A stretch of DNA of 64,000 nucleotides from Octopus vulgaris (Eukaryota), in assembly GCA_951406725.2 (NCBI GenBank), contig OX597826.1, positions 82,088,001-82,152,000 of the forward strand, read 5' to 3'. This document shows, one piece after another, positions 27,191 through 39,523 of the stretch; the first letter of the stretch is position 1; the number at the start of each line of letters is the position of its first letter. The notes under the pieces were generated by a model. The model saw only the letters and a list, made by a program, of their open reading frames with translations, did no database searches and was not told where the DNA came from. The translations under genes were made by a program, and so were the position numbers.

Positions 27191-28089
27191 CTGACTCTGC
27201 GCGCGCGTGTGTATTGTCCTTTTATTTTAATTATATGCATGCAGTCTTCGTCTGAGGAAAGAGATGGCTTCTCACAAAATACAAAACCCCGTCGTTGAAG
27301 TGTGTATGTATGTATGTATGTATGTATGTATGTATGTATGTATGTATGTATGTATGTATGTATGTATGTATGTATGTATGTATGTATGTATGTGTGTATG
27401 TATGTATGTATGTGTGTATGTATGTATGAGTGGAGTAACTCAAATGTCAATTATAAAATATACCAAAAGAGAATGAAGTAAAAAAAAACAAAAACAAAAC
27501 AAAAAGATCGAACGGCACAGTTACAAAATTATTGAACAATTAGAATCAATGAACATAATTGCCGCAGATTAGTGAGTAAATATTGAATTATCAGCGGGTC
27601 ATTCCTGTATTTGGAAAAAAAGAAACAAAAACAAACAAAAAATTTTTGAATTATTTCTAAAGATGTGTTGTGGAGACTGGGTGGGCACGGCTCTCTCCCA
27701 CTCTACCTCCTCTCTCATCTTCTCACCATATGTGTGTGTGTGTGTGTGTGTGTGTTTGTGTGTGTGTATGTGTATGTGTGTGTGTAAACGCATACAGAAA
27801 TGCTTCTGATTGGTAAGGAAAAACATGCTGTACTGAAAACATGGTGTAGAGTGCATTCATGTATTGTTTAACCGGAGACTTCAATCATAAAGCGAGTTGC
27901 TGCTCTGCAACGTTTCAGGTCACCAACCAGAAAGTTTTCAGAACTAGAAGCTCTATGAATTTGTTTCCATACACAGCAGAAAAGTTTGAAAGGAGTTTTT
28001 TCTCCTGGCGAACTACGACAGCGAATGGCACATTCACGTTCGAATGTGCCAGAATACTTAAACACTGCTTTGTGCTAATGCCTCGACAC

Positions 28090-28290
28090 TCGGCTGTGCG
28101 TTTTGTCCTTGAGCAAAGCACTTCATTTAATGTTGCTTCAGTCCATCAGCTGGCAAAAATGTATTTCAAAGGGACAATCTTGTCACACTCTGTGTCCTGA
28201 GAACTACACGTGTCAGTAGAGTGCTAAGTTACCTGTACGCCAATTTCATCAGCAGTTAAACGGACCAACTGGAATACACGTCGTTGGAAC
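28090..28290 (+). mobile_element. SINE family B, degenerate partial copy
   Basis: GTCCTTGAGCAAAGCACTTCATTT..CAGCTGGCAAAAATG..CCTGAGAACTACACGTGTC matches the 44.2-kb copy with deletions. Confidence 0.75.
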
Positions 28291-28312
28291 ATACAGAACG
28301 CTAGTTTACACG

Positions 28313-28353
<41 letters not shown>

Positions 28354-28373
28354 ACACACACGCCTCCTCTTTT

Positions 28374-28797
28374 CGAAAATATAAGGACACAGATAGTGTT
28401 TCGTTTGGCCAGCTAGAGGCAATATTTCCTAGGGCTAAACAACATAAGCACAGCCGAAACTGCTATATTATATTGGCAAATAATCTTTATTTTAAAGTAC
28501 TGTTACTGAATGTCTCTCGTTGGGAGACATTTAGAAATAATAATGTTTCTATTTAGTAGAAAAATTATAGATTTTCGAACGGAGATTTTAGCAGCACCAT
28601 CCTCAGCCGAGCACCACTCTCTGCCGATGAAAGGAAATAACTCTGAAACTGTAGTCCACAGATATTGCTCTGTGCTGGGGTGAGGTGGGGTGGCTAAACT
28701 CTCCTGACCGAAAATATAAGGCAACAGTGTATTGTATCGCCAGCTGGAGACGGTGTTTCCTAGGGCTAAACAGTAGCATTCATCCCAACCGGGACTG
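28374..28797 (+). mobile_element. Partial tandem (about 1.3 units of ~335 bp) repeat containing a hammerhead (family H6)
   Basis: CGAAAATATAAGG..GCCAGCT.GAG..TTTCCTAGGGCTAAACA occurs from 28374 and again from 28709. Confidence 0.7.
28587..28698 (+). ncRNA. Type I hammerhead-like motif with long flanking stem (U4C variant)
   Basis: CTCTG-CCGATGA-A-AGG-AAATAAC-TCT-GAAA-CTGTAG-TC-CACAG with GUC site. 28587-28614 pairs with 28672-28698. Confidence 0.6.
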
Positions 28798-28824
28798 ACA
28801 TACTATAGTGGCAAATAATTTTTA

Positions 28825-28860
<36 letters not shown>

Positions 28861-28907
28861 GTGTGTGTGTGTGTGTGTGTATCTATATATACATATATAC
28901 ATATATT

Positions 28908-28995
<88 letters not shown>

Positions 28996-28997
<2 letters not shown>

Positions 28998-29132
28998 TTT
29001 ATCCAAACATGAGAACACAAAGAGAAAACACAACAACGCGAGGACGTGGAACAAATATAGTAACATTGGACGCTCATGAAGGAAGGGAAGAAGGAGGGTT
29101 TAACGTTTCGAGCGGAGCTCTTCGTCAGATAC
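28996..29132 (-). mobile_element. H1 mini-element, truncated just 5' of its hammerhead
   Basis: Homologous to 9102-9235. Minus strand GTAT-CTGACGA-A-GAGCTCCGCTC-GAAACGTT-AAAC at 29098-29132. Confidence 0.85.
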
Positions 29133-29141
29133 ACACACGCA

Positions 29142-29177
<36 letters not shown>

Positions 29178-29247
29178 TAGATAGATAGATAGATAGATAG
29201 ATTTGTATGTATATATATATTTGTATGTGTATATATATATATATACG

Positions 29248-29320
<73 letters not shown>

Positions 29321-29438
29321 CTGTATGCATAATTGGCAGTATACAACCGTATATTACTCTTTAGATTCTTGTCTGCAAGCGTTAATATATTGACACAATG
29401 TGCTCTATTAAACATTTATATTTTACTCTCTTTGTTTC

Positions 29439-29489
<51 letters not shown>

Positions 29490-29815
29490 CTCACACACAT
29501 ACGCACCACACACATACATACACACGATATCTACAATTGCATTCGATTGTATTCAAATTTCCAAAAGGTTTCCTTTTGTTCAATGCAGCAATAATCTTAG
29601 TCTGAATCGAGTATATTTTATCTTCACTGCAATATATCGAACTAATGTAATTTTGACTTCACGCAGTCATTTTGTATTTTTCATTAAAATTTCTTTATCC
29701 TTAGGTTAGCAAAAATATAATAAAAGAATAGCTTCATATAATAAATTGTCGTTTTTAAACCAAATACCCCCTCAACACTATTGTATTGTTAACTAAGATA
29801 CCATACGTGTGTGTG

Positions 29816-29895
<80 letters not shown>

Positions 29896-31177
29896 GTGTT
29901 TAAAGATGTCTTAGTAATATAGCTTGTTCGCTCATCAGTATAACGCTTGAATTCATTTAATTGGTTTGAATTCTTGTAGTTGTAGCAGTGATGGAGCACA
30001 GCACAAAATGAGTTTTTAGGACTCTGATTGGTATATCGGCGACTTTTAAACATATAAGTCAAGATTTTTGAAAGTCCTTTCTAAACAAGGAACAATAATT
30101 TTCTGTATATTTTACTAAGTTTTTGACTTTCAAAGAGATACTTTTTTTTTGAAAACTACTTTTGCGACGTTCGCAATTCCTTACTTTTCTTTCATTTTGA
30201 GTCACAAAACCAGAATTATAGAAAAAGTTCTATGTGGTAATATGCGCCCTCCCACCTACTCCTCATCACTTTATGCAGTTCTTCTCCAGAAAACAGACCT
30301 TTGTATGTCGTCTCTTTCCGTGCTTCTTTTTCCTTGCAAGTCCTATGCAGACCAAATACACAATCCCTTCGTCTAGACTCTTGACCAAATAATGAAAAAA
30401 AAAAAGAAAGAAAGGAAAGAATCCCTTAAATCACTCTTTGCTGTCTGTAAAAGAAAAGGTTGGAGATGGATCCCTTTGATAACCTATTTCTAGATGCATG
30501 AGAACACGGAAATGGATGAGATTTGAGCGATTTTCATCAAATTATGGTTGGATTAAGGTAAAATAACAGCAACCAGGATATCCTCAAACCGTCTTCAGGA
30601 GGTCATAAAACACCGAAACCTGACGTGAATCGATGGCCTATCGATGGATTACCAAGATGCTTGACGATATTCCTTACTTGATTTATGCCAGTAGCTCAAT
30701 TGTGTTATTTCCCTGGGTGGATTGTTACCCACGGGTCAAACGTTTTTCTATACATAAAATCTCTGTAAACTGATCGCGCAGTTTATATTTTCACTATTGT
30801 CCAATGAAGAGACACAATAAGACCGAAACAAACCGGCAGCTGTCAACTGAACAGGCTTAACGTTTTCCATGTAAGCATGCGTAGGAATATATTTTTGTGA
30901 AATTAATTCTTTATATTTTTTTCAAATTATTTCTCTGGTTCTTGATAAATTGGTTTACAAGTGCCACTGAGAATCCCAAACTCAGGGGAAAATTTAAATC
31001 ACTTGAGAATATTTTGTGGACGTGAAATGTTCTAATTCTCGTGCTACATTTCTGGGTTTGGGAGTAAACGTCAACTTTGTGTGTTTTTGTTCATGCGTTT
31101 AAATGCATGTGTAAGAATAACAAGAAGGAAATGCGAGCGGAAGGAGGGAAGAAAGAGCGAGAGGAGAATGAACGATT

Positions 31178-31225
<48 letters not shown>

Positions 31226-31246
31226 GTATATATATATAAAGGAGAG

Positions 31247-31283
<37 letters not shown>

Positions 31284-31399
31284 GATTTGCAACAGTATTC
31301 CAGCTATAACATCTCTTTCAGTGGGCATCATATTCCTAGTACTATGGTAACTACGGTGCACTACTTTCTGAAGCTGATCGCAGACTTTTTTTTGTTTGT

Positions 31400-31715
31400 T
31401 TGTTTTTCATCTTGATTTGCTTGGAATTAAGCAGCACCACAGAGAATTGCTTTTTTGCAATTTAAGGAGGCAATTTAAGGCCTGATGCTGTTCATGTCGA
31501 CAGCATTGCTTTTTGCGTTAAACCTTTTCTGATCGGGATTTTGGATAATTTGACAATTGAGCTCATTTGGGACCATCTACTAATACTGAAACATTCATAA
31601 TAGAATAGTAATCCCTTTTCGGTTATTTGCTAACGAGTAAAAGTTTTCTTTGAAAACCTACGATCTGTTCACAAATGCAGTTCTTGATTGTGTCTCGGTT
31701 GTAGATGTGTGACGG
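31400..31715 (-). pseudogene. Possible highly decayed Penelope-like GIY-YIG endonuclease C-terminus
   Basis: Minus-strand peptides STTETQSRTAFVNRS*VFKENFY, AQLSNY, CLLKLQ..KAIL and LLNSKQ occur in the order of YIG..FKxR..LSxY..CxLCLxEKxxIL..LLNxRxE. Confidence 0.3.
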
Positions 31716-32878
31716 AACAAAACAACAAAGAAACGGAAAATTCTTACGAGAAATTTTGTTATTGATTTAACTGTCCTTCACATAATCGATAAAAAATTTG
31801 ATTAATTTTTCAAATGATTTTCACCGAAATCGTATTTAAAGTTCATGTCAGTATTTTATGCCGCACATTTTCTAAATTCCGGACAGCTTCTGTCTTTGGT
31901 AAATAAATGTCTACTTGTATCATGTCCATTAAATATATGAGTATGTTGATATTTATATTTTTATGTGTGTGAATATATGTATATATACATGCGTGTGCGT
32001 GTGAACGCGTGTGCGCATGCGTAATTTAATATTGGGGTCAAAATCGATTATACTTATAAACAAATCATTATTTTTTTTAATCATAAACATGGTATTCTGC
32101 TGCAGATATTTAATACCGCGTTATTATATTTTGCTGAATGGTTTTAATAAGAGCGAAACATCTCTGGAACTTTCACCGCATCTACTAAACATGAATGTTT
32201 CCTTCCTTCCCAGATTTAAAAAGTTCAACGACAACAGACTGAAACTCAAGTATCTGAACTCATTTAATTTGATTTAGAATTTCACTAACTACTTTTACTT
32301 ATGTTTGGTCCATTTGATCATTGATGCGCAATGCTTGCCCCACTCCTGCACTGCTCTCATTCACACGGCATTGGACATGTTATCAATTATTCTACTGTTT
32401 ACATTCATGGATGTTTCTGGAATATAAGAAGAACGCCTAATGACCGCTCTTACTTTCAATAGATTTTTCCAGTTATAAAATGTTATATTCTAATAATTAG
32501 CAATGTGTTGAATGATATACAATTTTCAAGACCCTAGAAATAATATATCGTGCCTACACACACACGCACACATGTATAGTGCACTATATATATATGTATA
32601 TATATATATGAGTGTGTGTGAGTGTATATGTATACATACTCAAACGCATGCGCGCGCGCACATACATAGACACATAAAGTGCTACTTATCATATGATGGG
32701 TAACTTTGGAAGTTTGCAATAATTGGAATATAATTTTTGTCAAATTTCAGATGTTTGTAGAAAATCAAATAAATACTAATTCTCAAAAGAAAAAAATTTT
32801 CTTACGATGAAATTAAGTAAAACAAAATTCTCATTTATATGACTACTACTACTGCTACTACTACTACTACTACTACTG

Positions 32879-32915
<37 letters not shown>

Positions 32916-33054
32916 TCTTGCCAAGCTTTGTAATATGTACTCATCAGGATCCTCTTATTTTAACTCTTTTGCACTCAGTTCCTCTCTCTATACATACATA
33001 TGATGTACAGTGTGACTAAAAACCAACGAACGAACGTTTATATCGGCTTCTCAC

Positions 33055-33093
<39 letters not shown>

Positions 33094-33104
33094 ATGTATA
33101 TATA

Positions 33105-33293
33105 TAGTTGGAATTTACAAAAAAAAAAGACGAAGACTGGTGTGTAAACAATAAATAGATGTATTAGTTTAACGCTCGGGAAGTGAGAAAGTCTTTTACG
33201 TTTCGAGCCTACGCTCTTCAGCAGAAAGGAACACAGAAATAAGTAGAATGAGAGAAAATAAAAAAGGTTTAGTGGCTAACGATCAATCATGGC
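33105..33293 (-). mobile_element. ~190-bp hammerhead-like mini-element, family H2
   Basis: Minus strand CTTT-CTGCTGA-A-GAGC-GTAG-GCTC-GAAACGTA-AAAG at 33193-33228. 3' end ..TTCCAACTA joins (TA)n. Siblings at 53247 and 57093. Confidence 0.82.
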
Positions 33294-33301
33294 GCGCGCG
33301 C

Positions 33302-33342
<41 letters not shown>

Positions 33343-33376
33343 TATGTGTGTGTGTGTGTGTGTGTGTGTCTGTGAA

Positions 33377-33410
<34 letters not shown>

Positions 33411-33462
33411 TATATAGTAATATATTAATCTTTAATACTATTATTAATTAGCCTGCTGGAAA

Positions 33463-33757
33463 TGTGCGATATCAGTAAATGAAGTATCTAAATATCTTAG
33501 GCGATGAGATAAGGTTGGCATGCGGTGATGAGATAAGGTTCGCCTGCCACTGAGGACGCGCAGGACGCAGAAACCACATGAACTTGCAGTTCTTGCGCCT
33601 TTCCCACTCAGTATATGTGTGCTGCGATATATGTATATACTCTGAGCACCACAAACCTATATGAGAGGATTTTTCGAGGCCGAAACACGTTAAATAGGAT
33701 ATAAAGATTGCTGTTCGGTACTAATATTGCTTCCGTCGCTGGATTTCCGCATTCACA
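33463..33757 (+). mobile_element. Possible solo LTR or pseudo-LTR with eroded hammerhead
   Basis: TGTG..CACA ends, internal 24-bp tandem duplication, CCTAT..ATGAGAGG..CCGAAACACGTTAAATAGG followed by ATAAAG. TSD not convincing. Confidence 0.3.
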
Positions 33758-34052
33758 AAAACTCTGAAACTATTATTCTTAGATATGGGAATTTCCAATA
33801 AAGAGTATTTGTTTGTTCGTTTGTTTGTTTGTGTGTGTGTGTGCATACAGACACGCGTGGTTATGTGAATATGGATACGCCTATACACACACACACACTC
33901 ACACACACACACAAAGCACACAGATATATGGCTGTGTGGCTAGGCATAGCCATATTCACACAACCACTCGCATACTTGCATACACGCACACACATATATT
34001 TGTCAACGAATGATGAATGATCAATAAATGTTGTAGAGTCGAGAGTTGATTT

Positions 34053-34157
34053 AAAATGAATTCCTTTGTCGAGACTCGAGTTTCACGCCATAGCGATTGT
34101 TTTTGCCCGACAATCACTCTGCCGTGAAACTCGATTCGCCACAAAGGAATTTATTTT
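34053..34157. repeat. Hairpin, ~48-bp arms, 9-nt loop
   Basis: AAAATGAATTCCTTTGTCGAGACTCGAGTTTCACGCCATAGCGATTGT versus ACAATCACTCTGCCGTGAAACTCGATTCGCCACAAAGGAATTTATTTT. Confidence 0.9.
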
Positions 34158-34232
34158 CAATGCTATATATGTGTGTGCGTATACAAATGTGTGTTTATAT
34201 GTGTTTATATTGTGTGTGTGTGTGTGTATACA

Positions 34233-34287
<55 letters not shown>

Positions 34288-35482
34288 TGGTGCATAAACA
34301 TATGGGAATGTATGCACCTGTATGAACGTGAAAAGATGTGGGCACAGACATGTGCAAGCAGTTTAGATGTGTGGTCCCTAATCATCAATGTTTCTGGTTC
34401 AATCCAGTCCACCCTTAATACTGGGGGTCTACGAGTTTACCCCAATTCTTCTGCGGAAAACGACTCAGCGCCAACAGTGGACATCCGCCTGATCGTCTGC
34501 ACTAATAGATGAAACTCCCTGCTTTTACATCATAGAGATTTTCCTCTGAGAATAGCGTTAAGGGTAGAAAGGTGGTTGGGAAATAAAATTATCTGCCAAT
34601 TACAACTATTTCCTACACATGACCTTACAAATGAATCCTCGTCGAAAGTGACGAAAGATCTCTATTGTGATCATCTGAGTTACACGTGTATACTTTGCCC
34701 CACGTCTGTGTATTGTATAAACTTGTAGTCATGTATCTGTGGGAATGACATTCTGGTTGTTAGTTCTCATTCACCGAAGAAAGACCAAGTTGAAGTTGTG
34801 TCTGGTTGCCGTCGTTGGCGCTGCTGTCCTCCTCGCTTTCATTGGTTTCTTTATTTATTCACGAATCATTTCTGCTTATGTAGACCGATGCTAAAAGGTA
34901 TTTCGGCCCTCAATACCCTGTCTTGTTATGCCCTATGTGTGCTTAAGACACATGAAGTTTGATTACTGGAATATTAGATTATTTTTCGAGTAGATCGAGC
35001 GACTTCAGAACGTCTACCTCATGGCGGAGGGGGTTATTGCTAAACCCAAAGCTGCCCTCATTGAGCCTTCTACGATCAAAGGGATGCCTGCTATGACAAT
35101 GGTATTCTTTTATTCTGGCAAAGTAAATCTCAGATTACATGCTTTTTACTCAGATAAGTTTCGACAAGAAGCGACCCAGGCCATAACTAGCTTAATACTC
35201 ACATCGGAGAAGGCATTTATTGATGCTTCATGTTACAATCATACTTAGGGCACCAGAGATATTCGTCCAGGACCCTACATGTTTCAATCTTATTTGACTT
35301 TTTGCCTCTTCTTATGTGTCTTGGCATGATGTTACAGAGAGAGCAGAGTCAGTTGACATGAAATAGTTCTGTCTTAGTGTTGTAACGGACGCGAGCATGA
35401 TTTCTCTAGAGGATGGATGGTCCGGGACCAAACTTGAAGGGAATTTTAAGGTTGATGCCAAATATATAAATATTATTTAAGG

Positions 35483-35774
35483 CAGTGCTTCTCAAACCAT
35501 CTGATGTGGCGAACGGCAGTCTTTTTTTTCTTCCAATGTGCCAGGGACCGGTAATATTTCCTAGTAATGTTAATTTATACCGGAAACACTATATATAATG
35601 AATATAGAAGAAGTTGACAATTGTTTTTCTTATATATATTTTGTAAACAAATAATGCAATATTACATAAAGCATTTTGTAACGTTTCTTTCTTTTCTGGT
35701 AACTCGCCACGTCCAGGCAGCTGTTGGCTCGCAGAACGGCACCGGGCCGCCGTCCACCACTTTAAATGGCACTG
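35483..35774. mobile_element. hAT (Charlie-like) MITE, 292 bp
   Basis: Termini CAGTGCTTCTCAAA and TTTAAATGGCACTG. 8-bp TSD ATTTAAGG / GTTTAAGG (7 of 8 match). Confidence 0.8.
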
Positions 35775-36031
35775 GTTTAAGGGTGGCACAGATTTATTTG
35801 CGTGAGATTTGGCTGCTGTTTCTAGGGATTCTAACGAATGCTGGCTTGTTCCTGTGTATTTGTGCGTGAAAATAAGTGCGTATGTATAAATGCATGTTTG
35901 TGTGAGTGTGTGTGTATACTTAAAGCATATATGTGTGTATGACCTACAAACACACGCACACACACATACATAATATATATATATAAACACAAACCCACAG
36001 GTACATGTGTGTATGAGGGAGTGTAGTAGTA

Positions 36032-36085
<54 letters not shown>

Positions 36086-36210
36086 TGTTGGGGTTGATCA
36101 CGGCTATGCAGGCACAGCAACAGAGCATGTGACAGTGAGCTGGCTTACTAACCTATAGCTGATTCAGTCAGTGAGAGGCTGACGATGTCTACTAGTAGTA
36201 GTAGTTGTAC

Positions 36211-36296
<86 letters not shown>

Positions 36297-37519
36297 ACAG
36301 TAGAAGAAGTAGTAGGTTAGAAGAGGAGGAGAAGAGGCGGAAGGTGTTGGCGGGAAGTGACGTGGAACTTTTAGACAGAAATAACCCGCTTAGTGATGGA
36401 AAAAAAAAATAGAAAACAAAAAATGAATTTGTCATGTGTTGCTGACTGTTTTGTCATTTGTTTTTTTTTTCTGAACATTTCTTCTGCTTTTTTGAATAAC
36501 TTTTGTTGTATTCTTTCCTCTGTGTGTGTGTATGTGTGTGTGTGCTATCGTTAAACGTTTAAAATGCAACATGTCTAGATATAAGAATATTGAGCGGGTA
36601 CCAGGATTTGATGCAGTAACTATTAACAAACAGGTTCTATCCATTTCTGACCTTCTCCTCTTAAAAAGTTAGATAACAGTATTTAGGCAGAACAGAGACA
36701 GGGACTTTTAGGTTTCAATACTGGCCCTTTTCTCAGAAAATATTTCCTCTATTCTGTATTTGTTCGCTGTCTTTTAAATTTCGATTTTTAATTTTATTTT
36801 GATTGATTTGTTTTGTTGTTTTTGCAAGTAGGGACCAATGAGAGAACCTTCAAGCACCGATCAACCTCGTAAAAATAACAACGAAATTTACCTCAGTGAC
36901 TTCAATACCTAAATTTAACCAGATTTAAAATCAGGATGCAGTGGCACTTAATACAAACTGGTATGTAATTTTTGACTGATACTCTATGTAAGATGCAATA
37001 CCCCTCTCCATCGAAGGGCCCAGAAAGTACCGGTTGTAGCAGACGAATTTAACTGGAGATATATTAAGTTTGAAGGAAAAATAAAAACAAAATAAAACGT
37101 ATGTACGGTCAAACAATGTCTTTGATGATAGGAATTCTTCAGAGTTGATCTAGAATAAACGGTGGAAGTACACACACACACATATACACTTGTATAATTA
37201 AATTCTCAAAGAAGACATTGGAATGAATCTCTGATCTACACTTAGACACGCCTTGGGCCTTGCTACTCTGCACGAGGAACCAAAGATTAGCGTCATTAGC
37301 AGTCTTTTGCTTGTGACGTTTTTAACTAAAAGATTATTCTAATTGTTTACAAACGAGTGGTTATTTTTCACGTAATTGTTTTCGTGGTCACTATCTATCT
37401 ATCTATCTACCTTTCGATCAAAGGAAGGCGGCCGATCAAAGGAAGGCGGCAATCTTCACTATGGAGTCGATCAACAGGTAGATCCATCTTACACGTGATA
37501 GCAGCTATTCAAATAATTC

Positions 37520-38090
37520 CACACAGTATCAATGCTTCACCGCTCTACGAGTTCATGCAGATCAGATTTATCGTTCTGCGCTTCTCGCGCAGGTTCGGTG
37601 GATGGTATTACCATGTCTGAAGAGTTTATGCCGAAATGGCAATGCTCCTCGAAGGAGCTGAAAAACCAGCGATTTCTAGAAATTGTGCATAGGCCCAGGA
37701 ATGAAAGTCTTTCAGAAATGACCAGCCAAACGATTCTCGTCGACGCCCAGAGTCTCCCCATCGATACCGTCGCCCTTGCACAGCAATAATTTTATTTAAA
37801 GCGCCAAGATGTAGCTTCCGCCGACGCATTGCCCGACTGGTTGGGGGATGTGAGCGGCCGATAACAGTTTAGGCAGCTGGTACCCAGTCTTGAACTATGC
37901 TTCAGGAAAAAATACATTGGACCATGATCTGCAGAGGAGAAGCAAGTCTGACAAACAGTGACCTCATTTACCATAAAAGAAGCCTGTGAAATCCTCAGTA
38001 CATGTCTGTACGTCATTAAGCACGGCACGGCATTCGCAGACTTCTAGGAAGTGAATGTTGATAGTAAATGGATCATCTGCTTAGCGATCC
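37520..38090 (+). pseudogene. Decayed RTE-like LINE 3' ORF fragment
   Basis: NQRFLEIVHR..MTSQTILVDAQSLPIDTVALAQQ*..LPDWL resembles the RTE post-RT region HQRCLRxI..TNxxVLxxAxxxSI..QLRW..RLPK. GC content is raised relative to flanks. Confidence 0.45.
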
Positions 38091-39351
38091 CCGCTCTGTC
38101 CGACGATTCTATCGAAAGGCATAAAGCTCTATCTCCAGGTTCCGAGCTGCCGTTCCAACGACGGTTCGATAAAATGCTACGCGGTATTTATTCTGACTTT
38201 CGAACCCGAGTTCAAATCTTGTTGAAATCAATTTTGTCTTTCATTTTTTGTACGTTGAGAAAATCTAATGATCCAAAGGTGGAAGATTGGTGGAACTAGT
38301 GGTGTGTGGGTGTCAGGTGAAAGTTTTGAGGCATTTGTCTCGGCTCTTTACGCTTTGACAATACCTGCTGCAGCGACACGGGCGCCATGCTATGACGTGT
38401 CTTCGGAAACACATGAGTGGCGTAGAGAGAAAGTGGAGGAGGATATTTCTATGCAAGGACAGCTGCATGGTCAACATTGACCGACAAAAGCCCTAAAAAT
38501 ACATACATAACATATCTTACATACATACACATATCACACATACACACACACACACACATCCCTAAAAGCAGTGAAAATACCTGTAACACATGTATGGAGA
38601 AGAAAGAAGAATGGTAACATAAGTGCAATAGATATTTGAAACTGTCAGCACCGACATTTCCCTTTTACACATCGATGGGTCTATGGAAAATTTGGTTAGA
38701 GATAGAAGCAAAGAGGACAGTTCTATTGTTTGAAAAGAGTGAAGAACATATTGGACAATATGGTAGTTCCTGATATGAAAAGAAACGTTCTGGTCACGGT
38801 TTGAATCTTTTGGATCTATGAGGCTTACAAGTGGAGGATAAAAGGAACAAATGGAATAATGGTCATCGATCTGCGACATGTAAGCAACATTCGCTCATAG
38901 TCACGTGCTGAAAATGTTTCCAACTTCAATTTGTATGATTGAAGATGTTTCTTCGAAACATCACTTAAGTCGATGATGCTAGCAGACGGATATTCAATCA
39001 AAATGTTTTTTTTCTTTAAGATAAGCATCAAATTTTGAAATGAGCATAAGTGAAGAATGGCACGATAAATAACAGAGCATTAACATGCATAAATATAATT
39101 TTACACATTTGCTGGAATCTTCAGGAAAATCTTTCTCTCAAGCTCTATACATACTGTGTCTGCTGCATCAACACAGTTGCCAGCAACTCAGAAGCTCCCC
39201 TCTGGATCCGATCCCACTGCAACAGGCTGAACGCATTTGACATGTGGTTGCCGAATAAACGGTTTAACCTCACGGCTTACATCTGCACCTCTAGAAGGCC
39301 AAAAACACTGGTTTCAAATGTTGTCACAACGCCAGAAAGATTATGGGAGAG

Positions 39352-39523
39352 TGTAAGTTGATTACATTGACCCCAGTGCATAACTGGTTTTTATTTTAGC
39401 GAACTCGAAACGATGAAAGACAAAGTCGACTTTGGAGGAATTTGAATTCAGAACGTAAAAACGGACGAAATGCCGCTAAGCAGTTTTGCGGCGTGTTAAC
39501 GATTCTGTCAACTCTCAGCCTTA
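39352..39523 (-). mobile_element. SINE family D (older family)
   Basis: Minus strand ..GACAGAATCGTTAACACGCC..CGTTCTGAATTCAAATTCC..GTCGACTTTGTCTTTCATC..CACTGGGGTCAATGTAATC. Eroded relatives near 5610-5830, 14700-14890, 38150-38250, 41890-42030 and 45930-45980. Confidence 0.7.
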
